64,000 nucleotides of DNA from NCBI GenBank assembly GCA_001949185.1, contig BDGG01000001.1, positions 5,571,527-5,635,526 of the forward strand, written 5' to 3'. Every line of letters begins with the position of its first letter. Positions within the stretch are counted from its first letter, which is position 1. The stretch is from Ramazzottius varieornatus. Taxonomy: Eukaryota > Animalia > Tardigrada. Positions 1 through 11,236 of this stretch are shown one piece after another. Position numbers and translations under genes: made by a program. Below the pieces are notes generated by a model that ran no database searches, was not told where the DNA came from, and worked only from the letters and a program-made list of their open reading frames with translations.

Positions 1-327
1 AGGAGTTAACTTAAAGCTTGTCATATTTATTATAGCGTTTAGGTCTCCATTTTACCGGAACACTCAGATCTTCAATAGTTCAAGCTATTTCAGAGCTTCT
101 CCGAGAGAAAGTCGAATATCAATCGACAGCAGCGTTGAAGCGTAAGAGTAAAACAGATGATCAGTTGATGGCCACTGTCCATGACAGTTTTCTACGGCTG
201 AATTTTACTGCGTTACGTCATTTGTCCGATTTCTGTTTCTGACTTCCATACAAATTGTAAATTTGCCGTCTTTTCCGCCTGGCCCGTAGTTTTTACTGGC
301 CCATGATATCTCGTCGTTCGTGTACAT
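1..327. mobile_element. Partial non-autonomous TIR element (Tc1/mariner-type MITE family); other copies at 57610-57920 and 62902-63925
   Basis: About 90-327 aligns by eye with 63690-63925, and 1-160 with the reverse complement of 57610-57770. Shared terminus ...TTTTTACTGGCCCATGATATCTCGTCGTTCGTGTACA. Confidence 0.7.
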
Positions 328-1610
328 GTGGAGCTACATGTGGAGAACTACCAAAGTTCCATCGGATCAAACTGTGACTTTGATCGGCGCGAGTTCGATC
401 GCAGCAAACTGGTAAAGACGGTCAGAGTGGAACGATACTTTAGATTACCGTTCCATCCTGTTACGGTGTGGGAAATGCGTCCTGTTCGGTACCCCATCTG
501 GATTTGTCATTTCGGCTTTGTCATTTGAGGGAACTTCGACAATTTTTTTCCAGTTTTCCGAAAAGATCTTGCATCTCCGACAGTGCTTAAAAATTAGCCC
601 AAGGACTGAGCAAGACGAAAAGCGGTTGTAAGTACAAACTCTTGGTTTAGAATACACTTTGCAATTTTTTTCCATGAGGAGAGGTTTCCCGGCAAAATGG
701 TCAAAGTCGACGATATTAATTCATTTTCAAAGTTAGTTTGAACTTCTTGCGATCTATTCTGATTTCAATGAGAACCTAGGTAGTTATAACCAGGTTAAGA
801 TCAAATGGAGGTTGGGTTCTCAAACGGAGTTCCAGAGAACCTGTTTCATTCGTTGCGAGAAGTCTTCCTCACCGGAATTCACGCCAATCAACTTTTTCAC
901 CCCTGGTCTCAACGCCTACAGATGAACTATAACTCTTTGAGAAGAGCTTGAAAAGTTAAATAAAATCTGTGAAGGACCGAAAAGAGAACCAGCACTTTGA
1001 ATTTAAGTTCCAGGTGGTATTCACTTGGCGTACTCACCCTGTATTTTCACGCACAGGGCAAAACGTCGACGAGCCAGGGACGGTCAATGGTACCTGCTGG
1101 ATCACGGAGGGGCGATTCTGTGATGACGATAGTTTCCGTGTTCGAACGGCACACTCCCCAGCTGGACATGCCGTAAGAGTGTGAAAGAGAACTTCGTAAA
1201 TAAACTGCTGCGTTTCCGTGTGTTATTCTCTTCCAACTTGACGCACTGTGGACATTCCTTCTGATCGGATTCGTTCGTTTACTGATAAAACGGTTCGAGG
1301 ACTATCAATACCCCACATGCTGGAGAGCGTTACAAGTTACAGTATTGGTCGTTTCATCTCGGCAAAAGTAATCGCGATTGTAAAGAAGCACAGAAACAGT
1401 GCGATTCAACAATTTGAAAATTGGAAATCAAAAGACCGTCAAATCCAACTGGGCGCGTACACCAAAACAAATACCGGCATACAGGTGAACGATTGAGCAT
1501 TAACAATAATACGACTTTAAACTAAACAAATATGACAGAAGATTCAAAAAAGGGGTGATTTTATCTGCGGGTCATCTGTACAGGAGCAGAGACGATCATA
1601 ACTGGCAAGA

Positions 1611-2887
1611 CTACTTCAGCCACTTCAGAAGGGTTTCTTCGAACGTCTTCCAGTGGCGCATACTGTCGCGCTTGTAATCTTTGTTCATAGCTCTGATGGA
1701 AGCTGTAAAAACAGGAAGCCTGATCATTCATGAGTCAAGGAGAGGTTGATTCATAAAGAAAGAAACTTCTGATCAATGTACCACAAGCATAGATGAATGC
1801 GTCGAGATTCATCTGCGCCGACGAAGATCCCTTCTTGCCAAAGCGAGCACATAGTTTCTTGCAGAAGTCTGTCGAGAGGTTGTAGCCCATCCCCACAAAC
1901 GCTTCGGAGATTTCGGTGTAGTTGATGGTGCCGGAGTGGTCTTTGTCGAAGTGATCGAAGACGGCGCGCCACTTGCGAATGTACTTCTTGAGCTCTCGGA
2001 ACTCTGCGTACTCGATCGTGTTGTTGCTGTTCCGATCAAACATCTTCAGCATCATCTGGATAGTCTCCACACTGAAAGGGGTGTAGTTATCATTGAGGAG
2101 GGCTTGTTGCGATTCTTGGACCGTAATTCTTCCATCACTGCAAAGTAAGAAACTAGAATGAATAAAAATGGCGCTTTTAACTCCCGAGAAGTAGAACGAG
2201 GATCACGACGTCACGCTTGTCCATTGAATCACGTTGATCGTCGGGACGTAACAGTACACAGTAAGACGGCCTGATACAACAATGCTGTACGATGTCCACA
2301 TAACATGGAGTTTTTGAAACTGGACTTCAACTCACTTATCTTCATCGACTGTCGCAAACCACATTTGCAACTCGGCTTCTTCTTCCTTCTCTTGCCAATT
2401 GGGACTCGCAACAGAAGGTCCATCGTAGCTGTCTTCCTCGGGTCCTTGTGGAGCGGAAGGATTGTACGCATGTGGCTGGGCAGGCTGCGCAGGTGCCGCG
2501 GGATGATGAGCTACATGATCAGGGTATGAGTGACTGGGAGCTCCATATTGTCCTTGTGCCCATGAGGAGTCATTTACTCCACGAGCTGAATGACCAGACG
2601 AGGTGGCAGGAGGTGACGTGGCGCTCTGCTGAGAATGGTAAGACTTACTGGAGGCTCCGCGTTGTCCTTGTGCCCACGCTGTCCATCCTCCTTGACCTCC
2701 ATTATTACTGTGCACTCCACGAGCAGATGCGTGTTCGGAAGAGGCAGCAGGAGGTGATCCGAAGATGGCATCGTATGACGGCGGAGCGTCTCCGTTCCGT
2801 CCTGCAGGTAAAGAATACTCAATAGTCAGGGTGAGAACAATGTAAACAAATCAAAGCAATCAGCGCATGCAACCTACCTGTATTCAT
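1611..2887 (-). CDS. Penta-EF-hand protein (peflin/PDCD6-ALG-2 family) with Gly/Pro/Gln-rich N-terminus; 4 exons (2887-2878, 2801-2336, 2137-1767, 1702-1611)
   Basis: Spliced translation MNTGRNGDAPPSY...ELQMWFATVDEDNDGRITVQESQQALLNDNYTPFSVETIQMMLKMFDRNSNNTIEYAEF...FDHFDKDHSGTINYTEI...TFEETLLKWLK*. GT-AG junctions keep the frame. Confidence 0.88.
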
Positions 2888-3645
2888 ATTTTGGGAAATA
2901 GCGCAGATAATTTGACGTGAGGTGCAAACAAAGTTCCCAAAAGAAGAGGAGCGTAACTGCGGTGGCCAACTTGCGGTTTATGGGATTACTCCGGGCTAAA
3001 GAGGCATCATCGATCTTTCTTTCTCCTTGGATCACGAACGGGTACAACGTCAAACAGATCCTACGCCTTGGCATCGGTCGATGAGATCAGATCATCGTCA
3101 GAATGTGATGGATCAAATAATCCGGCAATAGGTCATTCCGCTTCGCCAAAGGCAAATCCTGTGGGCTTTCTGGCTCCGCTTCGCTTCCTTCCGAAGTAAA
3201 CCTAAACTAGCGTCATACGGATGACGTCATCTGCCAAATTTCAAAATACTGTGACGTCAGCTGTTTGGCCTGCTGTCTTCCTTGTTCGTTCAACTTAATT
3301 AAAATCCAGGCCACCCTAGCGATTTGCAACTTCCGTACGCAAACGCTCACCGCTTTATAACCCTAGGCGTCTCTAGGATCTTTCTAGTTGGAGTGTCATA
3401 ATTCAGCTCCACACACGCATCAAAATGGGGACAAAGCTAATTCAAAAGCCTTGACGTCATCGGGAATCAGAAAAATAAAACATCTCACAGAGTCCTGATC
3501 TATGAGTCTACAACAAACATCATCCTGGACAAACTCACGCGTAACTGGCGTATCAGGACTATGTATAGACGAAGGAACGCATCTGTTTGATATTGTGAGT
3601 CATCACCGAAAAGATATTCTAGGCTAGTGGTGTCATCAAACGGTG

Positions 3646-4713
3646 TCATGTCTTGACGGAGAAAGAAGAGCCGCAGGAACATCCGTGTTCCGCTTTGGGG
3701 TTGTCGAGTATCCGAAACGCCGACCGTATCAGCTCGGTATTCCAGTCAATTGTCGCGCCTTTGATAAAGTCCAGAGACATGGTGTCCACTACGATCTTTG
3801 CTCCGTCCTTCTCGAAAACCCTGCCAAAAGATCAAGGAGACCTTCGTTCAAACTATTTCCAGGTTATTATTGCTTAAAATTTTGTGCAACACCAGACTGC
3901 ACTGCACGTTCCTTCAACCTGGCTGAATCAGCTAACAAAATTCAACAGGTTATACCGATCGTCTTCGTTGACTTTATGATCTAGTGTAAAGTTATACTGA
4001 AAGCCCGAACATCCTCCACCTTCGACACCGATACGAAGCATCAGGTTGGTATCGGGTTCCTCGCTTTGCAGTTTCTTCAGTCTCTGCAGAAAGAATCAAA
4101 TTTGCTGTTTAAGTTCTTCTGTCAAGAGTTCCACACCAGGTGATTTGTTCTGCTGGGAAAGTTGCTGTTAGCAAGAAAGGTAGACAGCTCCACAAGGACG
4201 AAGTAACGCAGAATTTACAAAGCAGGCCGGCGACGTCACCGGAAGTCAGCGTTACTCCAATCGACTGGCACACATTGTAGTATCGAGATATTCCCTTCGC
4301 CTGTGCAAGTAAACTGTTTACAGATTCTCAACAGCTCCACGACAAACCTTGACGCAGCTCGGCGAAAGACGAAGAATGGCGTTGCCAGTTTCAGAATCTT
4401 CGCTGTCGACAGAAGAACTTCTGCTTGTGGATGTCGACCATCTTTTCGCATACGTAAATGAAGGGGCTTCTGAGAGGTCGGATGGTGGCTGGGCCGCTTT
4501 TCGCCAGATTATTCGCTCATGGTGTCTGAAAACAACAAAGAGCGAGCTGCAGAACTGTCGACTACCCTCCGACCAAACCCCCAATGATGCTTACCTCTCA
4601 TAATAAGCAGCGGGGAAGTTGCGCAGGGAAGAGCTTTGTCGAATAAACAATCTCCATCTTCTCGTCGAATCCAGCATAACTAGTACTCTAGATCTCATAA
4701 CACTTTCCATCAT
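3646..4713 (-). CDS. ISCA2: Iron-sulfur cluster assembly 2 homolog, mitochondrial (A-type carrier); 4 exons
   Basis: Spliced exons give LRLSPSCVK|RLKKL...[17 protein letters not shown]...[44 protein letters not shown]. Arg/Ser-rich N-terminus resembles a mitochondrial presequence. Confidence 0.92.
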
Positions 4714-5046
4714 CTCACTTGGATTGACTGGATCAACACAGTAAAAAATTTTTCTCGAACAATCGAAGGCAGGGATGGGAAGAATCAAGACCTTTCGCTT
4801 TGGATATTAGGAACTTGGAAGAATCAAAACCAAAACACAAACTACGAAGTCTCAAAAGTCAAAATTTAGAAAACAGCTGGTAAATGTTGCAACCAATCAA
4901 GAACCAACGCTCCGTATGTTGTCCAGCCAGGTCGATCAAGAATCAACCAGTCAAATCGCTTTTTCGGATTTTCCCAATGGGCAAACTGTTACTGTGCATT
5001 CCGGGGGTTACGAAACAGGGGGAAATTCTCCGGACGACCTCTCCAT

Positions 5047-5482
5047 TAGAGCACGGAATCTGGCCGCATACGCTGCACTGCACTGCAGCTGTGCTGTGCT
5101 GCAGTACAGCCGCAGCGTATGAACTGACGAGATTTGTGCGGCACAGCACAGCATACAGCAGAAAGCCATAGACTACCGCGCAGATGCACCAACCGAAACC
5201 TAACAAAATTTACAGTTTTTGGGCATTCGAACGTCAGCCGTCCCAGCTTTGCCGTACTTTAGGGCAACGCTCTCCAGGCTGACAACCGATTTCGCTGACT
5301 GAATTACAGACCACGTCAATACATCGGCGTTCCGCGCAGTTACGCCAGGTCAACGTGCATCCGCAGCACAGCTGCTTAGCCACTGGGCATGAAAGTTGTG
5401 CAGCACAGTACAGCGTACAGCGACCTGGTAATGTGCGCAGCACAGTCACAGTGTACTTTCGGACCTGCGGCCTAGTGCTCTA
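5047..5482. mobile_element. hAT-type MITE (436 bp) between ISCA2 and HCCS
   Basis: Termini TAGAGCAC...GTGCTCTA with a perfect 8-bp TSD CTCTCCAT (5039-5046 and 5483-5490). Related copies at 29644-29984 and about 37732-38119. Confidence 0.88.
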
Positions 5483-5620
5483 CTCTCCATCTTCTCTTTC
5501 CGTTTCTGGATTATAACGCTGGATTATAACTTGGAGAATTTTTCACTGTTACCTTTAGGTACGTAGCATTAGGTTCCGCACATGCTGGACTGCTGTTTCT
5601 GAGTCGGTTCGTTTTGCAGG

Positions 5621-6774
5621 ATGGGCAATACTTCGTCGACTGACGAAATCTCGGCGGCCAAAACACTCGCCACCTCGCTTGCCGCTCCCTCCAACCCGAC
5701 CGTGCCTATGCCAGCCATGGAGAACTACCAAGGGGACATCAGTGAGTGTCCCATGCACGCTGGGACGGCGAAGCCGAAGCCCCGGACTGTTCTTGTGTCG
5801 GAATGTCCAGTCAAGTACGACGGGACGCCTGGTGGAGGTGGAGATGTTGATCCCCTCAACATGATGCCACCGCCTAACCAGCGTCCTGCGCCCGACCAAC
5901 CCTTCCCTCTACCTACCCATCGACAAGAGTCATCCATCCCGAAAGCTGGAGGCAAAGAAGGCGAAAAGTGGGTCTACCCTTCGCAGCAGATGTTCTGGAA
6001 CGCCATGTTGAGGAAAGGATGGCGATGGAAGGAAGAAGATATTGCGCAGAATGACATGGCTCATATCATCCGCATACATAACATCAACAACGAAGTGGCT
6101 TGGCAAGAAGTGCTAAAGTGGGAAGCGCTGCATGCTACCGAATGTGGACAACCAAGGTTAGTCTGAAGAATATTAATTTTTGGATTTAGGCAGATCAGCT
6201 CTGCAACATCGCTTTTATAAGTGGCGCACGCTTTTAGCCTGCAACGATGGAAGTTTCCGCCACTTGGGTAGACAACCAAGATCGACGAAATCATTTTTGA
6301 AAGTGGCGCACTCATTCACTTGAAAACAGTCACGACGTGCGACACTTAGGGAAATGATCCCGATTTTGTTTGTCGAGCTTGCGTTTCGTCCTGGAACCAT
6401 TTTGCATTGAAGGCTGAATGCTTTTCAGGTTGAAGAAGTTCGGCGGAAAAGCCACGGAGTTCTCCCCTAGAGCCAGGATGCGTTCATGGATAGGATATGA
6501 ACTGCCTTTCGATCGACACGACTGGATTGTGGATCGATGTGGACAAGAGGTGAGGTACATCATTGACTACTACGATGTGGGGGACGTGAATCCGCAGACG
6601 GGCAAGTTTGCCATGTTGGATGTCAGACCGGCCATGGACTCGTTCGGAGCCGTGTGGGACCGCATGAAGGTAGCGTACTGGCGAGTGCGCCACCACGTGG
6701 ACGAGAACCCACAGCAGCTATCAAAGAATGAAGTATTGCAACAAAGTGTGTCTGCCTCGACTCAAAAATCGTAA
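5621..6774 (+). CDS. HCCS: Holocytochrome c-type synthase (cytochrome c heme lyase); 2 exons (5621-6156, 6429-6774)
   Basis: Heme-regulatory CP motifs (ECPMH, ECPV) and the conserved motifs [54 protein letters not shown]. Confidence 0.95.
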
Positions 6775-7764
6775 CGATAATGGCGAGAATGAACGGCGGT
6801 ATAGTCAATGTAATACGTATTTTGACCTGGGTTTGTTTTTTTGTGCGAGTTCTTATCCTTGCTTTTTGTTTGACTTCTCGAGATGATTAACCAAAATAAT
6901 CAACCAAAATTCAGCTTGGTTGAGCACCAGCCATTCGTGATAAATATACGGAAAACCGAGAATAAGATATTTTGTGTGGAAGAGAAGCCTTCGTATCCAC
7001 AAACTCAAGGTATCATGACTAATGAGGCGGAAATTTGGGAATACAGTATTCAAATATTGAAGACCAGAAATCGAAGCCTTCGATTCGAATGTTAGATCAG
7101 CCTGGAGGAGGTAGAGAACCGCTTTGTATACCGCATAGCCGAATTTACAAAGATATGGGATTAACCCAGCGCAAAATCACCGAAAGTGATAGTTTAGTTT
7201 TCGACAGAAGCCTTCGCTTGAACACCTGATTCACCCGTCTAGCCAACCAAACGCGCAGCTTTCTGCGGTTTCTTGATTGTTTGGTTCAGATGACTTTAGC
7301 ATAACCCACCACAAGCTCACCACCCACCATCCATGTTAAAATGTGATGAGTGACGCACGTGAATTTTGAGGGGTAATGCAGTGGTGATCATTCACCTGAG
7401 ACAACGTTTGGTATTTTTTGCAACAGATCGCCATGGGCTACTTTCCGTCTACTCGGTGCCTGACGTCGGTCAAAACGGTCAAGCAACTTTGCGCTGAATT
7501 ATGATGGCCAAATAGTCGGATGAAACCCAGTCACGGCACGCATTCTTGTTTGCTGTTTATTGGCTACAAGGGATGAGATGCGGTCTCACTCTATCAGACA
7601 TCAGGAGCTGCCGCATACATTGAAGCAGAAACTCATCGGTACAAAAACATTAGTGGCACAAAATTTGAGATTTTTTACGTACTTCAACTACATGTGTACA
7701 GAGCTTTTTCTGATATCGGATTGCTCAGGTACTCGTACAGTACTCCAGCAGATGAGGACCTCCC

Positions 7765-8376
7765 TTAATGAATGGAGTGGTGATCGTTCTTCTTGCCGGC
7801 CTCCTTGTCGGCATGGGCTTGGGCCTTGGCGGACATGGGCTTACCCTTGTTCATGACGGCAGGATGTCCGCTTGCGGGGGCGGCAGTGCTGCCAGAGTCC
7901 GAGTAGTAAGCAGCAGTGGATGAGTCCATGGTAGCAGTGGTGCCAGAGGTGTCACCTCCAGTCGAGGAACCATAGTGGGAGGCGCTGGTGGTGTCAGCAT
8001 GCGTGGAAGCATGGGTGGTCGAGTCCGAAGCGGCTGTGGTATCGGTGGTGGATACGGAGTCCGAAGAACCATAGGAAGCATGGGTGGTGCTGTCGCTGGA
8101 CACTACAACCGAGTACGCGTGGGTGGTCGAGTCCGAGACGGCGTGGGTCGTCGAGTCCGAGACGGCGTGGGTCGTCGAGTCCGAAGCGGTAGTTGCATAG
8201 TCCGAGGTGGTGGAGTCGTCAGCCGAGTAAGAGTCGTCAGCAGAGGTGGTGTCGGGATGAGTAGCGGTGGTCGTACCGCTGTTCATGTTTCCGTAACCAC
8301 GTTCCTCAAGCAGAGGGAGTGCGGAGGCAGCAACGATCAGTGCACCGAGGCATGCGACGACGGAGAGGACCTGCAT
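7765..8376 (-). CDS. Secreted low-complexity Ser/Thr/Asp/His-rich protein with SDSTTHA repeats (intronless CDS, 203 aa)
   Basis: Hydrophobic signal peptide MQVLSVVACLGALIVAASA, five SDSTTHA units, no Cys in the mature region, and an upstream TATA box. Confidence 0.8.
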   Translation of the reverse strand: MQVLSVVACLGALIVAASALPLLEERGYGNMNSGTTTATHPDTTSADDSYSADDSTTSDYATTASDSTTHAVSDSTTHAVSDSTTHAYSVVVSSDSTTHASYGSSDSVSTTDTTAASDSTTHASTHADTTSASHYGSSTGGDTSGTTATMDSSTAAYYSDSGSTAAPASGHPAVMNKGKPMSAKAQAHADKEAGKKNDHHSIH

Positions 8377-8483
8377 GGTGGATGGAGGCTGGGGACGGAG
8401 ATCACGGTGACGAATGAAAGAATCAAGGTAGTAAGAGACTGAAGTAGAATACGACTAGTGAAGAAAATGGACTGAATGACCAG

Positions 8484-8491
8484 TTTTTATA
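8484..8491 (-). promoter_or_regulatory. TATA box (TATAAAAA) of the secreted Ser/Thr-rich gene
   Basis: TTTTTATA on the + strand about 110 bp upstream of the ATG, with initiator-like sequence 25-45 nt downstream on the minus strand. Confidence 0.55.
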
Positions 8492-9952
8492 CATCGGCTA
8501 CAGACGGAATGCTCTCGGGGGATCGTGACTCGTGAGCGAGATGATGGCGTCCTTCTGAAAGCCGGACAGGCTGAAATTGATACGAGGTATATGGCCGCAC
8601 GTTTCGGAACCGTGATTAGTGTTATGAAGTTTTGATGGATGCCCGGAACCATAGCACTGACCGTCGGACGCCATGCTGCAGGCGAACGCATAGCCTTTTG
8701 TAAGATTCAAGCACTCTTCGAGGCCAATCGAAGATGCACGGCAGCGGTGTGTGTCGATGAACGAGACTGACCCGCTGTGATGGCGGCTTCGTGGTCTGCA
8801 TCAATTTCGTGTAGATTGACGCAGTAATAAATCTTTTTTGACGCAAGACATTACGCAGTAACTAGTAGTCGGCGTGATGCTGTTGAGTATTTTTTCCACA
8901 AATAGAAACCGGGGGACGTCGTCCGATTTTTGATTGGTCGAATCCGGAACAAAACTGATGAATGTCAAGGGACGAAAAATCCAAGCTATGAGGTAGAGGA
9001 TACACTGTAATTCGGACACAGTCATTTTCGCATCATAACTCGGCCATATTTTTTGAACTCCTGCTACACGCAATCACGTGTTTCCTGTTTCCAGCGGTAA
9101 ATTAATCTCTTTCCTAAGGTTCGAATGGCTTTCGGAACGACGAAATGTTGTATGTCGGAAGACTCTGTCGTGGGGGAATGACGGGTCCGTCCAATGTGAA
9201 GAAGCCCAAAGTTGTTTCGATTGGTGTACAATGAGAGATCAATCAAGCGTTGACGATAATACTAAAACGTTTTGCATAGCCGGAATAATGGTGCGAAAAT
9301 CGCTGTGCCCGTATTATGTCTATACCTCGTATATCAATCTTTAAAAGCGGACCGAACTTCGTTTATTCCTGGCTTCCTCAAGGCTCCTCAAACGCCTCGT
9401 GGAAATTCAGGGAGCGGCATTCGAGTGCTGGTTGCACAGCGCGTGCTGTGACGTCAAAGATCGACACAACCTGCCACCAGTCTGATGACGCCGTGTCTCG
9501 AACTCTAGTCGAAAACCCATCTTTATCACCATAGAGCGGGCTGGATCTCTATTTCGCGACAGTTCATCCTACTTCTGGAAGGCATGCACCGCTTGAGCTG
9601 AGACCAGATACAAGTTCTCTGTAGAGCTGTGGAGGAAAACTATGTTTACTACCTGAGCTTCTTCGATTTTATGGGCGGCAATACCACTAACTGCACATGG
9701 TCCATAGACTGAATTATGTTAAGAGGTGTCAAAGGGCGAGCCCTTATCTGATATGCCTCTGTAAACGACCAAACAGTTGAGACTAAACAGTTAAGACCCA
9801 CAATAAAGACGAGTTACTATCAGAAAAGAGTGCCATCCCAACAACATAAGAGACAGTCCTCCTTTCAGCAACTGCACATACTTCCCACTTTAACCCCTAA
9901 CAGAAATCTAGATATTTTGAATTTCCTTGAAGAATAACTTCCTTGTTTCACA

Positions 9953-10369
9953 ATGGAGATGACGGAGGTGTCACCGAAAGACAACACCGCTTACCGTCCT
10001 GACTATGTTGACTATTCTTCAGATGTTTCGATCAAAAATCTGGGCTGGCTGACTTGTCCAGTGTCTGTCAGCGAAGAGGACGAGGAACTTCCGGCCATCT
10101 CTGTCTTCGCGGACCCCGAAGCTACGGAGGAGCTCGAACTGGTGGTGCACTCTAACGGCGAAGGACAAGCTCAAGTCGCAGGACAACGTTTTGTGTCGTT
10201 AAAATCACAAGGGTCGGACAGGCCTTCGGTGGCCAGCTTCACGGACATTCGCATCAAGCGAGCTGGCATGTACGTCTTTGAAGTCCGTGCTGTACGCAAC
10301 ACCGAGATCAGCCTGGTGGCGGACCATGCTACCACCATCGGTACATGCGACCTGTATCTATACATATAA
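9953..10369 (+). CDS. Hypothetical single-exon protein (138 aa), possibly a beta-sandwich/Ig-like fold
   Basis: ATG in acaATGG context, protein-like composition, and alternating hydrophobic strand patterns such as VASFTDIRIKRAGMYVFEVRAV. Family not recognised. Confidence 0.4.
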   Translation: MEMTEVSPKDNTAYRPDYVDYSSDVSIKNLGWLTCPVSVSEEDEELPAISVFADPEATEELELVVHSNGEGQAQVAGQRFVSLKSQGSDRPSVASFTDIRIKRAGMYVFEVRAVRNTEISLVADHATTIGTCDLYLYI

Positions 10370-11236
10370 AGGGGCAAATTTCAGAAAACGTAATGGGGAA
10401 ACATAAGTGAAATATCTGGTGGTTTTACAGAACCAAGGATCTCTACACACAGTAACACCACCGATGTGACTCTGCCGGAGGAGCTGGGCCTGGGAAAGAT
10501 TCAAACTTGGGGAGTCTAAAACTGTGATGCTTGTTTGATTGTGGTAAACAGTATACGTACGCAAACTTTACTATGAAACACAACTGGAAAACATTGGTGT
10601 TTGGTGTCTTTTACCTCGATGGAAATCGGCAAAGGAATTGAACTAAAGGGTTGTCCCAAGTGGCGCACCTTTTCGATGGTACAGGCCAAAAGTGTGCGCC
10701 ACCTGGGAAAATGATCATGTATGATCACGTTCAGTTCATTTGCCGACGATTTGGCTCTGCGAAGAGAACTAGTTCAGTTATTCCACTGAGATTCCGATCA
10801 AATACGTTTGCTCCGGCACTGCCATTACAAGTTTATAAGAACAGTTGACTAGATAACTATGGCCGGACTAAAGCTGTCCGAGGAGGTACGATAACATTTG
10901 ACCAGAGAGCAAGAGCCTTTCCAAAGGATCATATTCCACGGCCCACGTCAAGGCCGATCGAGACAACCATAGCGCGCCTGGGTATTGCGTTCGCCACTCT
11001 CAGAGACGTTGTCGCCACTTACCTCATTGTCCTCTGCCCATTGTTTTTACGCGAACTAGATTACTGTAAATTTAACTACAAAATTTTCGAAGATTTTTGT
11101 TTATCACCATGTCGAACACACTTCCGAGTTCGTCCTTGTTACTCCAGTCTTATCTCGCCTAAAACCATCCAACAAGCATGCCGCTGGACGTAAATCTGTA
11201 GAGTCGAGTACTTATGACCGGACCTCTTGCGATCAT

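Noticed and set aside
640-960. Possible Tc1-like transposase C-terminal remnant (also 30750-30950)
   Set aside because: Only faint resemblance; no intact diagnostic motif.
7975-8442. 155-aa Gly/Arg/Val-rich ORF on the + strand
   Set aside because: Antisense shadow of the repetitive secreted-protein gene.
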